NCBI GenBank assembly: GCA_965241395.1
Contig: CBDEOC010000059.1
Span: forward strand, 5,198-69,197
Reading direction: 5' to 3'
Length of the DNA stretch: 64,000 nucleotides
Source of the DNA: an uncultured Candidatus Saccharibacteria bacterium
GTDB lineage: Bacteria; Patescibacteriota; Saccharimonadia; Saccharimonadales; Saccharimonadaceae
In this document: piece after piece, positions 1-8,535 of the stretch
Layout of the letters: every line of letters starts with the position of its first letter
Position numbering within the stretch: position 1 is the stretch's first letter
Translations under genes and position numbers: made by a program
The notes under the pieces: generated by a model
Seen by the model: only the letters and a program-made list of their open reading frames with translations
What the model was told of the DNA's origin: nothing
Database searches by the model: none

Positions 1-2
1 AT

Positions 3-335
3 ATCATCTTATGCATAGAAGATGATAGTTATGACTCGATCCCTGAAACATTTGAACGAAATGTTCAATCTCTAATGCAACAGTCGTATTTTCGCCAAGT
101 CAGAGCAATCTTGATCGGTCGTTTCCAGGGTAAGTCTCAAGCGACGGAAGATGTGGTCGGTGATATTATTCTTTCTAAGAACATTAGCCCAAACATTCCG
201 GTAATTGCCGGTCTTGATTTTGGTCATACCGATCCAAAGTTCACTTATCCGGTCGGTGGCTACTGTCACATTGTGGCAGAAGATGATAGTGCTAAGGTTG
301 TCATTTATTGTGATGATAAAAAGTGTATTAGATAA
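3..335 (+). CDS. LD-carboxypeptidase (peptidase S66, LdcA-like), C-terminal part; 5' end lies outside the window
   Basis: The frame is open from the window start (IILCIEDDSYDSIPETFERN...). AGLDFGHTDPKFTYPVGG matches the S66 C-terminal GLDFGH...P.G signature. Confidence 0.7.
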   Translation: MILCIEDDSYDSIPETFERNVQSLMQQSYFRQVRAILIGRFQGKSQATEDVVGDIILSKNISPNIPVIAGLDFGHTDPKFTYPVGGYCHIVAEDDSAKVVIYCDDKKCIR

Positions 336-461
336 GTAAGTCGGTCGCATACTGGGTATCTACGGCGATATGATTTCCTTGTCGAAGACCTCTTACTATG
401 ATTCAGGGATAATATTAATAATATAATCCAGTGAAGATAATATTATATCCTGCTTACTTAC

Positions 462-1088
462 TTACTTGCTTACTTGTGAACCTTGTTCGTGGTACCGCTC
501 AATTGCTCTGTTGATGTCGTCGTATCTGAAGCCGGCTCTAGCTAGATAGGCTTTGAGCTTGTTGATATCATCGTAACGATGATACTTCTTAGCGACCAGA
601 TTAGCCAAGGCATCATTATCGTCAGCCATGCCGGCTTCCTCGTCTAAGACTTGCTGAATAATCCGGTGACTAACACCCTTATTGACCAGATCTCGCTCGA
701 TTCGGCGACGGGAATATTTCTGAGCAGACTGACGAGAGCGAACGAAAGCTTGAGCGAAGACTAGATCGTTCAAGTAGCCTCTATCATACAGACGAGCGAT
801 GACCCGCTCGGTATTATCCTTACTCCACTGCTTGCGTCCGGCATAATCTCGGATCTCCCGCTCAGAGCGGAGTCGCCGGCTGATCAGATCGACCGCTCTG
901 ATGTAATTCTTACCAAAGTTCGACTCAGTCTGAAGCTCAGCCAGCTTAGCCTCGTCGATTTCCTGTCCACTATGGAGGCTATGTTGGACCAGCTGAAACT
1001 CGTCTAGGCTAAAGCTGTAATGACCGTCAACGAAGATATTATAGCGACCGGCAGTTCTGGCGGCTGGGGCAACCTTGGTGATGCGCAT
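462..1088 (-). CDS. recX: Recombination regulator RecX
   Basis: 208 aa, directly downstream of recA on the same strand. It has the repeated helical RecX-like pattern (YLNDLVFAQAFVRSR, KYSRRRIERDLVNKGV). Confidence 0.8.
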   Translation of the reverse strand: MRITKVAPAARTAGRYNIFVDGHYSFSLDEFQLVQHSLHSGQEIDEAKLAELQTESNFGKNYIRAVDLISRRLRSEREIRDYAGRKQWSKDNTERVIARLYDRGYLNDLVFAQAFVRSRQSAQKYSRRRIERDLVNKGVSHRIIQQVLDEEAGMADDNDALANLVAKKYHRYDDINKLKAYLARAGFRYDDINRAIERYHEQGSQVSK

Positions 1089-1101
1089 AGGCTAGGTAAG
1101 C

Positions 1102-2139
1102 TTAGAGACTCTCTTTGTCGGCGACTGACTGGCGAACTTTGCCGTCAATCTCGGCTAATTTATTGGGGTTGTCTTTAAGGTATTTTTTAGCTGCCTCACG
1201 ACCTTGCCCAATCGTCTCGTCATTATATTTATAAAAAGCACCTGACTTCTGAACGATATCGTACATGACTGCCAAGTCTAAAACATCACCGGTGGTAGAA
1301 ATGCCTTCGTTATACATGATGTCAAACTCTGCCTGGCGAAATGGCGGGGCAATCTTATTTTTGACGATCTTAACCCTGACTCGGTTGCCGATCACGTCGT
1401 CGCCCTGCTTGATCTGGCCGATCCGACGAATATCGAGGCGTTGTGAGGCGTAGAACTTGAGGGCGTTACCACCGGTGGTTGTCTCGGGATTGCCAAACAT
1501 GACGCCGATCTTCATCCGAATCTGGTTGATGAAGATGACCGTTGCCTTACTCTTATTGATGATGCCGGTTAACTTGCGGAGAGCTTGTGACATTAATCGA
1601 GCTTGGAGTCCGGGCAGGCTATCGCCCATATCACCGTCAATTTCCGCCTGAGGTACTAGAGCAGCGACGCTATCCAGCACTATCACATCGACGGCGTTGG
1701 AACGAACTAAAGTCTCGACTATCTCTAGAGCTTGTTCGCCATTGTCGGGTTGGCTGACCAGTAGGTCGTTAATATTGACACCCAGGCGACCGGCGTATTG
1801 TGGGTCAAGAGCATGCTCGGCGTCGATGAAAGCGGCGGTACCACTGGCTTTCTGAATCTCAGCTACGGCATGCAGGGCTAGGGTAGTTTTGCCGGACGAC
1901 TCAGGACCATATATCTCGATAATGCGCCCCCTGGGGTAGCCACCACCTAGGGCTAAGTCTAGCGACAGAGTACCTGATGGCGAGGTCTCGACATTGATCT
2001 TATAGGCGTCACCCAGCTTCATGATTGAGCCATCGCCGAATTGCTTGCTAATCTGACTAACGGCTAGATCCAGTGCTTCCTTCCTACCGCTATCGTCGGC
2101 TGATTTCTTTGCCATAGTCTTACTTTCCTTCTTCGCCAT
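1102..2139 (-). CDS. recA: Recombinase RecA
   Basis: Walker [13 protein letters not shown] and IDAEHALDP motifs, with RecA-like sequence throughout. GGAGGA sits 5 nt upstream of the ATG, and TGcTATAAT lies further upstream. Confidence 0.97.
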   Translation of the reverse strand: MAKKESKTMAKKSADDSGRKEALDLAVSQISKQFGDGSIMKLGDAYKINVETSPSGTLSLDLALGGGYPRGRIIEIYGPESSGKTTLALHAVAEIQKASGTAAFIDAEHALDPQYAGRLGVNINDLLVSQPDNGEQALEIVETLVRSNAVDVIVLDSVAALVPQAEIDGDMGDSLPGLQARLMSQALRKLTGIINKSKATVIFINQIRMKIGVMFGNPETTTGGNALKFYASQRLDIRRIGQIKQGDDVIGNRVRVKIVKNKIAPPFRQAEFDIMYNEGISTTGDVLDLAVMYDIVQKSGAFYKYNDETIGQGREAAKKYLKDNPNKLAEIDGKVRQSVADKESL

Positions 2140-2190
2140 CTATCCTCCTCTAGTAATTAACTAAATTATAGCATGGCCTCGTGGTAAAAT

Positions 2191-2580
2191 ATGACCATGT
2201 ATCTGGCACTAAAGACTGACCAAGCCGAAGTGGAGTTATATCTACTGGCTAGTGATGGTGAAATAGCGAAGCAAAAGATCTGGCTGGCTGATCGGGAGCT
2301 GGCCCGGGATCTACCGGGTGAGATAGACGCTTTGCTCGGTGGTAAATATGAGGAACTAAAAGGAATAATTGTCTTTAAGGGGCCGGGATCTTTTACCGGG
2401 CTACGGATCGGAGCTGCTGTAGCTAATGCTATCGCCTATGCCAAGCAGATTAATATAGTAGGTACTACCGGGGATGAATGGCGAGCCGGTGGGGTTAGAC
2501 GCTTACGAGCAGGTGATAACGACAAAATCGTCCTACCGACTTATGGGGCGAGACCGCACATCACTTCAGCAAAGAAATAA
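2191..2580 (+). CDS. tsaB: Short TsaB/YeaZ-like protein (N-terminal domain only) of the tRNA t6A pathway
   Basis: The GPGSFTGLRIGAAVANAIAYA motif is present and the protein is only 129 aa. The true start may be the ATG at 2197, 6 nt after TGgTAAAAT. Confidence 0.6.
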   Translation: MTMYLALKTDQAEVELYLLASDGEIAKQKIWLADRELARDLPGEIDALLGGKYEELKGIIVFKGPGSFTGLRIGAAVANAIAYAKQINIVGTTGDEWRAGGVRRLRAGDNDKIVLPTYGARPHITSAKK

Positions 2581-2762
2581 ATAGCGATCAGCCTACCTTA
2601 GCTAAAATATTCGTTGACTAATTTGATTTAAGCAGCTAAAGAGCCCGGTCTGCCGGACCATGTATGCTACAATTAACGTAGGTAGACTTTTTTACCGCAT
2701 GAACTAAGTGATTAAATCTGATATATATTTCTAGCCTCGGCTAGAACCGGAAAGGAAGCAAT

Positions 2763-4250
2763 ATGATATATGTACTGATCGCCCTAGTGGCGTTTGCTAT
2801 TGGTGGCGGAGTAGCTCTGGCTGTCGCTAAGTCTCGTAACGCCAAGGCGGAGACGACTGTTGATCAGATGATCGCCGATGCTAAGAACAAGGCTAGTGAA
2901 ATCATCCTCAATGCCAGTCGTTCAGCCAAGAAAGAAGCTGACGATATTCGTCGTGAGGTCAAGAAGGCTGAAGACAAGGTGGCGGAGCGAGAGCACTCGT
3001 TGATCAATAAGATCAGTGAGCTGGACACCAGGTCGGAGAAGCTACGCCAGAGTGAGCAGGAGATAGAGGATTTGAAGGGTGAGATCATCCAGATCAAAGA
3101 GCAGGCTCATTCCAAGCTGGAGAAGATCGCCGGGCTGACCAAGAAGCAGGCGGCCGAGAAACTGATGAAGGCAACTGAGAAAGAGACCAAGGGTGACCTG
3201 GTTGAGCTGGTCGATAAGCTACAGCGAGATGCTGAAAGTGATGCCGAACAGCGGGCTGAGATGATCATCGTGACGGCGATGGAGCGTCTTGCCTCTGATG
3301 TAACGGCGGAGCGGACTATCACGGCGATTGAGCTGCCTGATGATGAGATGAAAGGACGTATCATCGGTAAGGAGGGGCGCAATATTCAGGCCCTACAACG
3401 AGCTACCGGGGTGGATATCTTGGTCGACGATACACCGGGCATGGTGGTACTAAGCTCGTTTGACCCGGTGCGACGCCAGATTGCTCGCCTGTCGTTAGAG
3501 ATGCTGATGAAAGACGGTCGGATTCATCCGGCTCGGATTGAGGAGGTGGTGGCCAAGGCGGAGCGCCAGATCGATAAAGAAGTTCAACGAGCCGGCGAGG
3601 ATGCTGCTCGGGAAGCCGGTGTAGTTGGCATCCCGACAGAGATGGTGCACTTACTGGGCGAGCTGAAGTTTCGTACCAGCTATGGGCAGAATGTTCTCAA
3701 GCATTCTATTGAGATGGCTCAGCTAGCCGGGATGATCGCCGAAGAGATCGGCGCCGATGTGCGCATTAGTAAGACGGCTGCTTTGCTCCATGATGTAGGC
3801 AAGGCGGTAACCCACCGGATAGAGGGTAAGCACCATCATATCGGGGCAGCACTGGCTCGTAAATACGGTATGGACGAGCGGATCGCTCATGCTATAGAGG
3901 CACACCATGACGATATCGAGGCGACTACGCCGGAGGCAATTATCGTTCGGGTCTGTGATGCTATGTCAGGTGCCAGGCCGGGGGCTCGTAATGTCAGCTC
4001 AGAGAACTTTGCCGAGCGGATGAAAGATCTGGAGAATATCGCTACATCATTTGACGGCATCGATAAAGCCTACGCCATTTCGGCCGGACGGGAGATTAGG
4101 GTGATGGTTAGCCCCGAGAAGATTGATGATCTGTCGTCGGTCAAACTAGCCCGAGATATCGCTAATAAGATTGAATCGACCATGCAGTACCCGGGTACGA
4201 TCAAGGTCAACGTTATCCGAGAGACTAGAGCGATAGAGTACGCTAAATAG
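2763..4250 (+). CDS. rny: Ribonuclease Y
   Basis: N-terminal TM helix, a charged coiled coil, a KH region (GRIIGKEGRNIQAL) and an HD domain (LLHDVGKA...HH). Confidence 0.93.
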   Translation: MIYVLIALVAFAIGGGVALAVAKSRNAKAETTVDQMIADAKNKASEIILNASRSAKKEADDIRREVKKAEDKVAEREHSLINKISELDTRSEKLRQSEQEIEDLKGEIIQIKEQAHSKLEKIAGLTKKQAAEKLMKATEKETKGDLVELVDKLQRDAESDAEQRAEMIIVTAMERLASDVTAERTITAIELPDDEMKGRIIGKEGRNIQALQRATGVDILVDDTPGMVVLSSFDPVRRQIARLSLEMLMKDGRIHPARIEEVVAKAERQIDKEVQRAGEDAAREAGVVGIPTEMVHLLGELKFRTSYGQNVLKHSIEMAQLAGMIAEEIGADVRISKTAALLHDVGKAVTHRIEGKHHHIGAALARKYGMDERIAHAIEAHHDDIEATTPEAIIVRVCDAMSGARPGARNVSSENFAERMKDLENIATSFDGIDKAYAISAGREIRVMVSPEKIDDLSSVKLARDIANKIESTMQYPGTIKVNVIRETRAIEYAK

Positions 4251-4438
4251 CGCAACGATCTCCTCGTTACACATTATTGCAAAAATGCATTTTTGTGTAA
4301 TGAGTGCTATAAGGAGTATTATAGAGCGAAGCTTCACAATACGATTCTGTCTACAGGACGAAGTTTATGGCTTTGAGAGATATCAGGATACTGGAGTACT
4401 ATATTAACAAGTAGTTAGAGTAAGAAAGGAAGTTTACT

Positions 4439-4990
4439 ATGGTGCTAAGAACAAACAGGTTAATCTTGCGTAACTGGAAAGAAAGTGATGCGGATGATCT
4501 GTATAAATATGCTAGTGACCCTGATATAGGACCGAGTTGTGGATGGCCACCACATCGGGATATCGCAGAGAGCCTTAACATTATCAAGAATGTGCTAATT
4601 GGGGAGGAGTCGTATGCGGTCTGCCTACAGGAAGACGACAAAGTCATTGGGGATATTAAACTGAAGCTAAAGCATAGCGATATAGTCAAGAGAGATGATG
4701 AATGCGAAGTCGGTTGTTGGATCGGCAAGCCTTTTTGGGGTCAAGGCTTAATGTCAGAAGCCTTAGAGGAAGTAATGCGACATGCTTTCGAAGATATTGG
4801 TATGAATAAGATATGGGCTTGTTACTACGAAGGTAACGATAGATCAAAACGCCTTCAGGAGAAAGCCGGATTCAAGTACCAGTGGAGTAATAAAGAAGCT
4901 GATGTTCCGCTGATGCATGAGAAGCGAACTGAGTGCGTGAACGCCATCACTAAAGAGGAGTGGCTTACTAAGCGGAGCTCTACAGCCTAG
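4439..4990 (+). CDS. GNAT-family N-acetyltransferase (RimJ/RimL-like)
   Basis: LILRNWKESDADDLYKYASDP at the N-terminus and WGQGLMSEALEEVMRHAF (acetyl-CoA motif A-like). An AAAGGAAG RBS lies upstream. Confidence 0.8.
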   Translation: MVLRTNRLILRNWKESDADDLYKYASDPDIGPSCGWPPHRDIAESLNIIKNVLIGEESYAVCLQEDDKVIGDIKLKLKHSDIVKRDDECEVGCWIGKPFWGQGLMSEALEEVMRHAFEDIGMNKIWACYYEGNDRSKRLQEKAGFKYQWSNKEADVPLMHEKRTECVNAITKEEWLTKRSSTA

Positions 4991-5015
4991 AGTGTAGTGG
5001 GCTAGCACCCTGCAT

Positions 5016-5043
5016 TTGCCATATTACAGATATCTGATATACT
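5016..5043 (+). promoter_or_regulatory. Candidate sigma70-type promoter for the two-tRNA unit
   Basis: TTGCCA (5016-5021), a 16-nt spacer and TATACT (5038-5043), about 18 nt before the first tRNA. The spacer contains the palindrome CAGATATCTG. Confidence 0.45.
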
Positions 5044-5060
5044 ACTTAACGTATTTGTCC

Positions 5061-5137
5061 GGCACCGTAGCTCAGCTGGTCAGAGCGTGGGACTCATAAG
5101 CCCGAGGTCACTGGTTCGAGCCCAGTCGGTGCTACCA
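5061..5137 (+). tRNA. tRNA with CAT anticodon (elongator Met, or Ile2 if lysidinylated), CCA encoded
   Basis: The cloverleaf can be drawn by hand: acceptor GGCACCG/CGGTGCT, anticodon loop CTCATAA, T-arm ACTGG TTCGAGC CCAGT. Overall it is most like elongator tRNA-Met. Confidence 0.85.
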
Positions 5138-5156
5138 AGTGGACTATACAATTGAT

Positions 5157-5234
5157 CGCGGGGTGGAGCAGTCTGGTCAGCTCGCTTGGCTCATAACCAA
5201 GAGGTCGTTGGTTCAAATCCAACCCCCGCCACCA
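5157..5234 (+). tRNA. Initiator tRNA-fMet (CAT), CCA encoded
   Basis: CGCGGGGTGGAGCAG...CTCATAA...GGTTCAAATCC closely resembles bacterial tRNA-fMet. It has an unpaired 1:72 position (C:C) and an A11:U24 pair. Confidence 0.8.
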
Positions 5235-5245
5235 AGGAATAATTT

Positions 5246-5273
5246 AGCCCTCCTAGCGGAGGGCTTTTATTTT
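5246..5273 (+). terminator. Rho-independent terminator after the tRNA pair
   Basis: AGCCCTCC-tagc-GGAGGGCT followed by TTTTATTTT. Confidence 0.75.
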
Positions 5274-5553
5274 ATCTTACCTATCGTCTGTGATATCAAT
5301 CTACCAGCTCGACGGTGGCGAGCCGAGCTAACTTCTTCTGAATAAAGCTGGTTAGCTCGGCGCTACTGCGTTGTCGATTCCAGCTATAGCTCCCTGTTTG
5401 GTTGGGAGTGCTTGGTTGATTTATTTTCTTCATCGGATGTCCTTTTATTAGATTGTTTATTTGTTGCAACTGCCAAGATAATAACAAATATAAGCTATAT
5501 TGTCAAGTACTAGACCATGTAGTATCGATAATGCAATATAGTAAAATACAGCT

Positions 5554-6468
5554 ATGACTAAGTATCTCCTAGCTGTGTCGGGCGGAGTAGACTCAATGGT
5601 GCTGCTGGACATGGTGGCGACAAACTATCATGGCTTACGGGAGAAATATCTTAGCGGAGCGCAATTTCCGGCAGACTTTGTAGTAGCACATTACGACCAT
5701 GGTATCAGAGGGAAAGTATCTGCTGAGGATGCCAAGTTTGTCCGGCAGCAGTGCCGTAACTACGGGGTGGTAGTGCAGTGCGGTTGCGGTAAGTTGGCTG
5801 CTGTTACCGGTGAGGCAGTAGCTCGTCAGTATCGTTATGATTTCTTCCGGCGGGTGGCGGAGGCGATAGCGAGAGATGATGAGCCGGTTTACTTGGTGAC
5901 GGCGCATCATCAGGATGATTTACTCGAGACCATCGCTCTTAACATAGTGCGAGGGACGGGCTGGCGAGGACTAGCGCCGATGAACCAGCCGCAAGTACTC
6001 CGACCGCTCCTTGATATAGCTAAAGCAGAGTTAGTTAGCTATGCTATAGAGCATGGTCTCACCTGGCGAGAAGATCAGACTAATGACAGCCCGAGATATC
6101 TGCGCAATCGTCTCCGGGTTTTGCTGGCTAGCCGGTCACCGGCCGACAAAGCGGAACTAACCCGGCTATATGAGAGGCAGAAGCATTTACGCTGGCAGAT
6201 TGAGCGAGAGTTAGAGCATTACTGTACTCGGCATATTACTAGAGATAAGCAAGGTCAGCTAGTGCTGCGCCGTTATGATCTGATCATGCTCCCGGCGGAT
6301 GTCGCCATAGAGATACTTCGCCGGTTGACGAAGGGGTGGCTCACCCGCCCGCAGCTCGGTCAATTATTACTCTTTATCAAGGTGGGTAAGCCAAGCAAAC
6401 AACTGAGCTGGAAGCGACTCAATGTCCGACTGGATGTGCGTCGGGTCTATTTTTACCCGGAAATGTGA
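5554..6468 (+). CDS. tilS: tRNA(Ile)-lysidine synthase
   Basis: PP-loop SGGVDSMVL, AHHQDD and TilS-like sequence throughout. TAAAAT ends 6 nt before the ATG. Confidence 0.9.
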   Translation: MTKYLLAVSGGVDSMVLLDMVATNYHGLREKYLSGAQFPADFVVAHYDHGIRGKVSAEDAKFVRQQCRNYGVVVQCGCGKLAAVTGEAVARQYRYDFFRRVAEAIARDDEPVYLVTAHHQDDLLETIALNIVRGTGWRGLAPMNQPQVLRPLLDIAKAELVSYAIEHGLTWREDQTNDSPRYLRNRLRVLLASRSPADKAELTRLYERQKHLRWQIERELEHYCTRHITRDKQGQLVLRRYDLIMLPADVAIEILRRLTKGWLTRPQLGQLLLFIKVGKPSKQLSWKRLNVRLDVRRVYFYPEM

Positions 6469-6472
6469 CTAT

Positions 6473-6534
6473 ATTTACCGGATAAAAATGCGAAAACTTC
6501 TCATTTTTACCAAGTTTTCGCATTTTTGCTGTTA
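6473..6534. repeat. 62-nt leader element of ATPase-1, containing a perfect 16-bp inverted repeat; a second copy lies at 17983-18044
   Basis: AAAAATGCGAAAACTT (6484-6499), a 12-nt loop and AAGTTTTCGCATTTTT (6512-6527). The copy at 17983-18044 differs at 2 positions. Confidence 0.85.
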
Positions 6535-6548
6535 TACTAGTATGTATC

Positions 6549-7754
6549 GTGAAGTATATAGAACGGGCAGAGTATCTGAAAACTCTGCGAGAGCTAAAGG
6601 ATAAACATATCATTAAAGTGATTACCGGTGTGCGTCGTGCCGGTAAGTCTACTCTGATGCAACTCTTCAGAGAAGAAATAGCCCAAAAAATAGATAAGAG
6701 TCGGATCCAGTCATACAACTTTGAAGATCCAAAGTATAATGACATGACTAGCTGGCGGGAAGTCTATGACTTGATAGATAAGAAACTAGTGAAAGGTGAG
6801 CTGAACTATATTTTTCTTGATGAGGTCCAGGATATTCCGGGATTCGAAAAGCTGCTTGATGGACTATATATCAACGAGAATGTTGATCTGTATGTCACCG
6901 GCTCAAATGCCTACCTACTTAGCTCCGAGCTGGCGACTATTCTGACCGGTCGGGCTTATGAAATAAATATCCTACCTTTTTCGTTCAAAGAGTTCGCTCA
7001 GACTTACGCAAACTCGGCTGACGATAGTATAAAGTTTGAGCATTTTATGCGCTACTCAGCCTTTCCCCAAGCTACCGAGCTAATGCATCAGAATCCTGCT
7101 CTGGTTGTGAATTATCTAAGAAGCGTATATGAAAGCATCTTGGTAAAGGACATGCTTCCACGTAAACAGATATACGCTGAGCGTAGTTTTGAGAACGTAG
7201 TTAACTACGTGATGGATTCGATCGGTTCAAGCTTGTCACCTAATGGTATTGCTAGGGTTCTCGCTAGTGACAATAAAACGGTCGACTCTCGAACGGTTCA
7301 TTCATACTTGAAGTCGCTCTGCGATAGCTTCGTACTTTATAAAGCTGAGCGGTTTGACATTAAGGGTAGGCAAAATCTAGCGACACAGGAGAAGTACTAT
7401 GTAGTTGACCTTGGCTTTCGTAACTTACTACTTGGTAAAGAAGTCGGTCAAGATGCCGGTCATTTGTTGGAAAATGTTATCTACTTAGAATTGAGGCGAC
7501 GAGGTAATGAAATATGGGTCGGTAAGATTGGCGAAAGGGAGGTAGATTTCGTTGCTCGTGATAATGAAGGGTATCTAACATACTATCAAGTGGCCTATAC
7601 TGTGCGAGATGAAGCAGTGCTGAAGCGTGAGTTGGCGCCCTTTGATAAGATCCCTGACCATAATCCCAAAGTTCTTATCACTCTTGATCCGGAAGAAGTC
7701 TCCCGGCGCGGGGTGCGGCAAGTCAACGCAATCAACTGGCTACTTAGTGATTAA
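6549..7754 (+). CDS. COG1373-type AAA+ ATPase with a DUF4143-like C-terminal domain (ATPase-1)
   Basis: Walker A VITGVRRAGKSTL, Walker B IFLDEVQ and a C-terminal EVDFVARD...YYQVAY module. GTG start. Confidence 0.8.
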   Translation: MKYIERAEYLKTLRELKDKHIIKVITGVRRAGKSTLMQLFREEIAQKIDKSRIQSYNFEDPKYNDMTSWREVYDLIDKKLVKGELNYIFLDEVQDIPGFEKLLDGLYINENVDLYVTGSNAYLLSSELATILTGRAYEINILPFSFKEFAQTYANSADDSIKFEHFMRYSAFPQATELMHQNPALVVNYLRSVYESILVKDMLPRKQIYAERSFENVVNYVMDSIGSSLSPNGIARVLASDNKTVDSRTVHSYLKSLCDSFVLYKAERFDIKGRQNLATQEKYYVVDLGFRNLLLGKEVGQDAGHLLENVIYLELRRRGNEIWVGKIGEREVDFVARDNEGYLTYYQVAYTVRDEAVLKRELAPFDKIPDHNPKVLITLDPEEVSRRGVRQVNAINWLLSD

Positions 7755-7842
7755 GTAAAGTTCGGGGTGGGATGCCTGCATTGACGACAGCGGACATTTC
7801 AACTAAGCTTATGTTTAATAGTAAGGATGGGAACGAAAAATA

Positions 7843-8535
7843 ATGGACACGTCGACTGGTGAAAAGGTAGCTTTAATTACTACCGAGTCACTGACTAAGC
7901 GTTATCGAGTGGGTGGCCATGATCTACTGGCGACGAACAATGTCTCGCTGTCGATTAACCGAGGTGAATTCGTGGCGATTGTAGGTGAGAGCGGTAGCGG
8001 TAAGAGCACTCTACTGCAACTACTGGGAGGACTGGACAAACCGACTAGCGGTTCGATTGTCGTTAATGGAGCGGAGGTCACCGGGTTGAGCGACGGCAAA
8101 CTGTCGCAATTTCGCAACCGGACGATCGGCTTCGTCTTCCAGTCTTTTTATCTCCAACCGTTCTTAACTCTGCGCCGAAACATCGAGGTGGCAGCTATGC
8201 CCAGCCGGATGAAGCGGGACACCAGGCGAGCTCGGACTGATCGGCTGGCTGAGCAAGTCGGATTGGCTGATCGGCTAGACTATTATCCTCGCCAGCTATC
8301 AGGTGGACAGATCCAACGAGCGGCGATCGCCCGAGCACTATTCAATAAGCCACCGATCTTGCTGGCTGATGAGCCGACCGGCAATCTCGACTCACAGAAT
8401 AGCCAAGGCATCATTGCCCTGTTTCGGCAGATCTGTGATGAGTGGGGTACGACTGTAGTGGTAGTGACACATAGCCGAGAGGTAGCGATGGTAGCGGATC
8501 GGGTAGTCACAGTAAAAGACGGAGCTATCGTATGA
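7843..8535 (+). CDS. ABC transporter ATP-binding protein (MacB/LolD/FtsE-like)
   Basis: [26 protein letters not shown] and LLADEPTGNLD motifs. Confidence 0.92.
   Translation: MDTSTGEKVALITTESLTKRYRVGGHDLLATNNVSLSINRGEFVAIVGESGSGKSTLLQLLGGLDKPTSGSIVVNGAEVTGLSDGKLSQFRNRTIGFVFQSFYLQPFLTLRRNIEVAAMPSRMKRDTRRARTDRLAEQVGLADRLDYYPRQLSGGQIQRAAIARALFNKPPILLADEPTGNLDSQNSQGIIALFRQICDEWGTTVVVVTHSREVAMVADRVVTVKDGAIV

Noticed and set aside
1265-1651. Antisense ORFs within recA, and similar shadow ORFs opposite rny, ftsH, nrdD, dnaE, uvrA and other genes in the ORF track.
   Set aside because: They lie entirely opposite strongly supported genes, lack start signals, and have skewed Ser/Arg/Leu-rich composition typical of antisense frames.
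4268-4303. The palindrome CAAAAATGCATTTTTG, flanked by TTACACA/TGTGTAA, after rny.
   Set aside because: It is probably just the rny terminator or an operator. It occurs once, so nothing more can be said.
5296-5487. A minus-strand 63-aa ORF between the tRNA terminator and tilS (a possible 45-aa product from the internal ATG after AAGGA).
   Set aside because: It has no recognisable motif and overlaps the terminator region of the tRNA operon. I cannot support it from sequence alone. It might be a real small protein, but I have left it unannotated.
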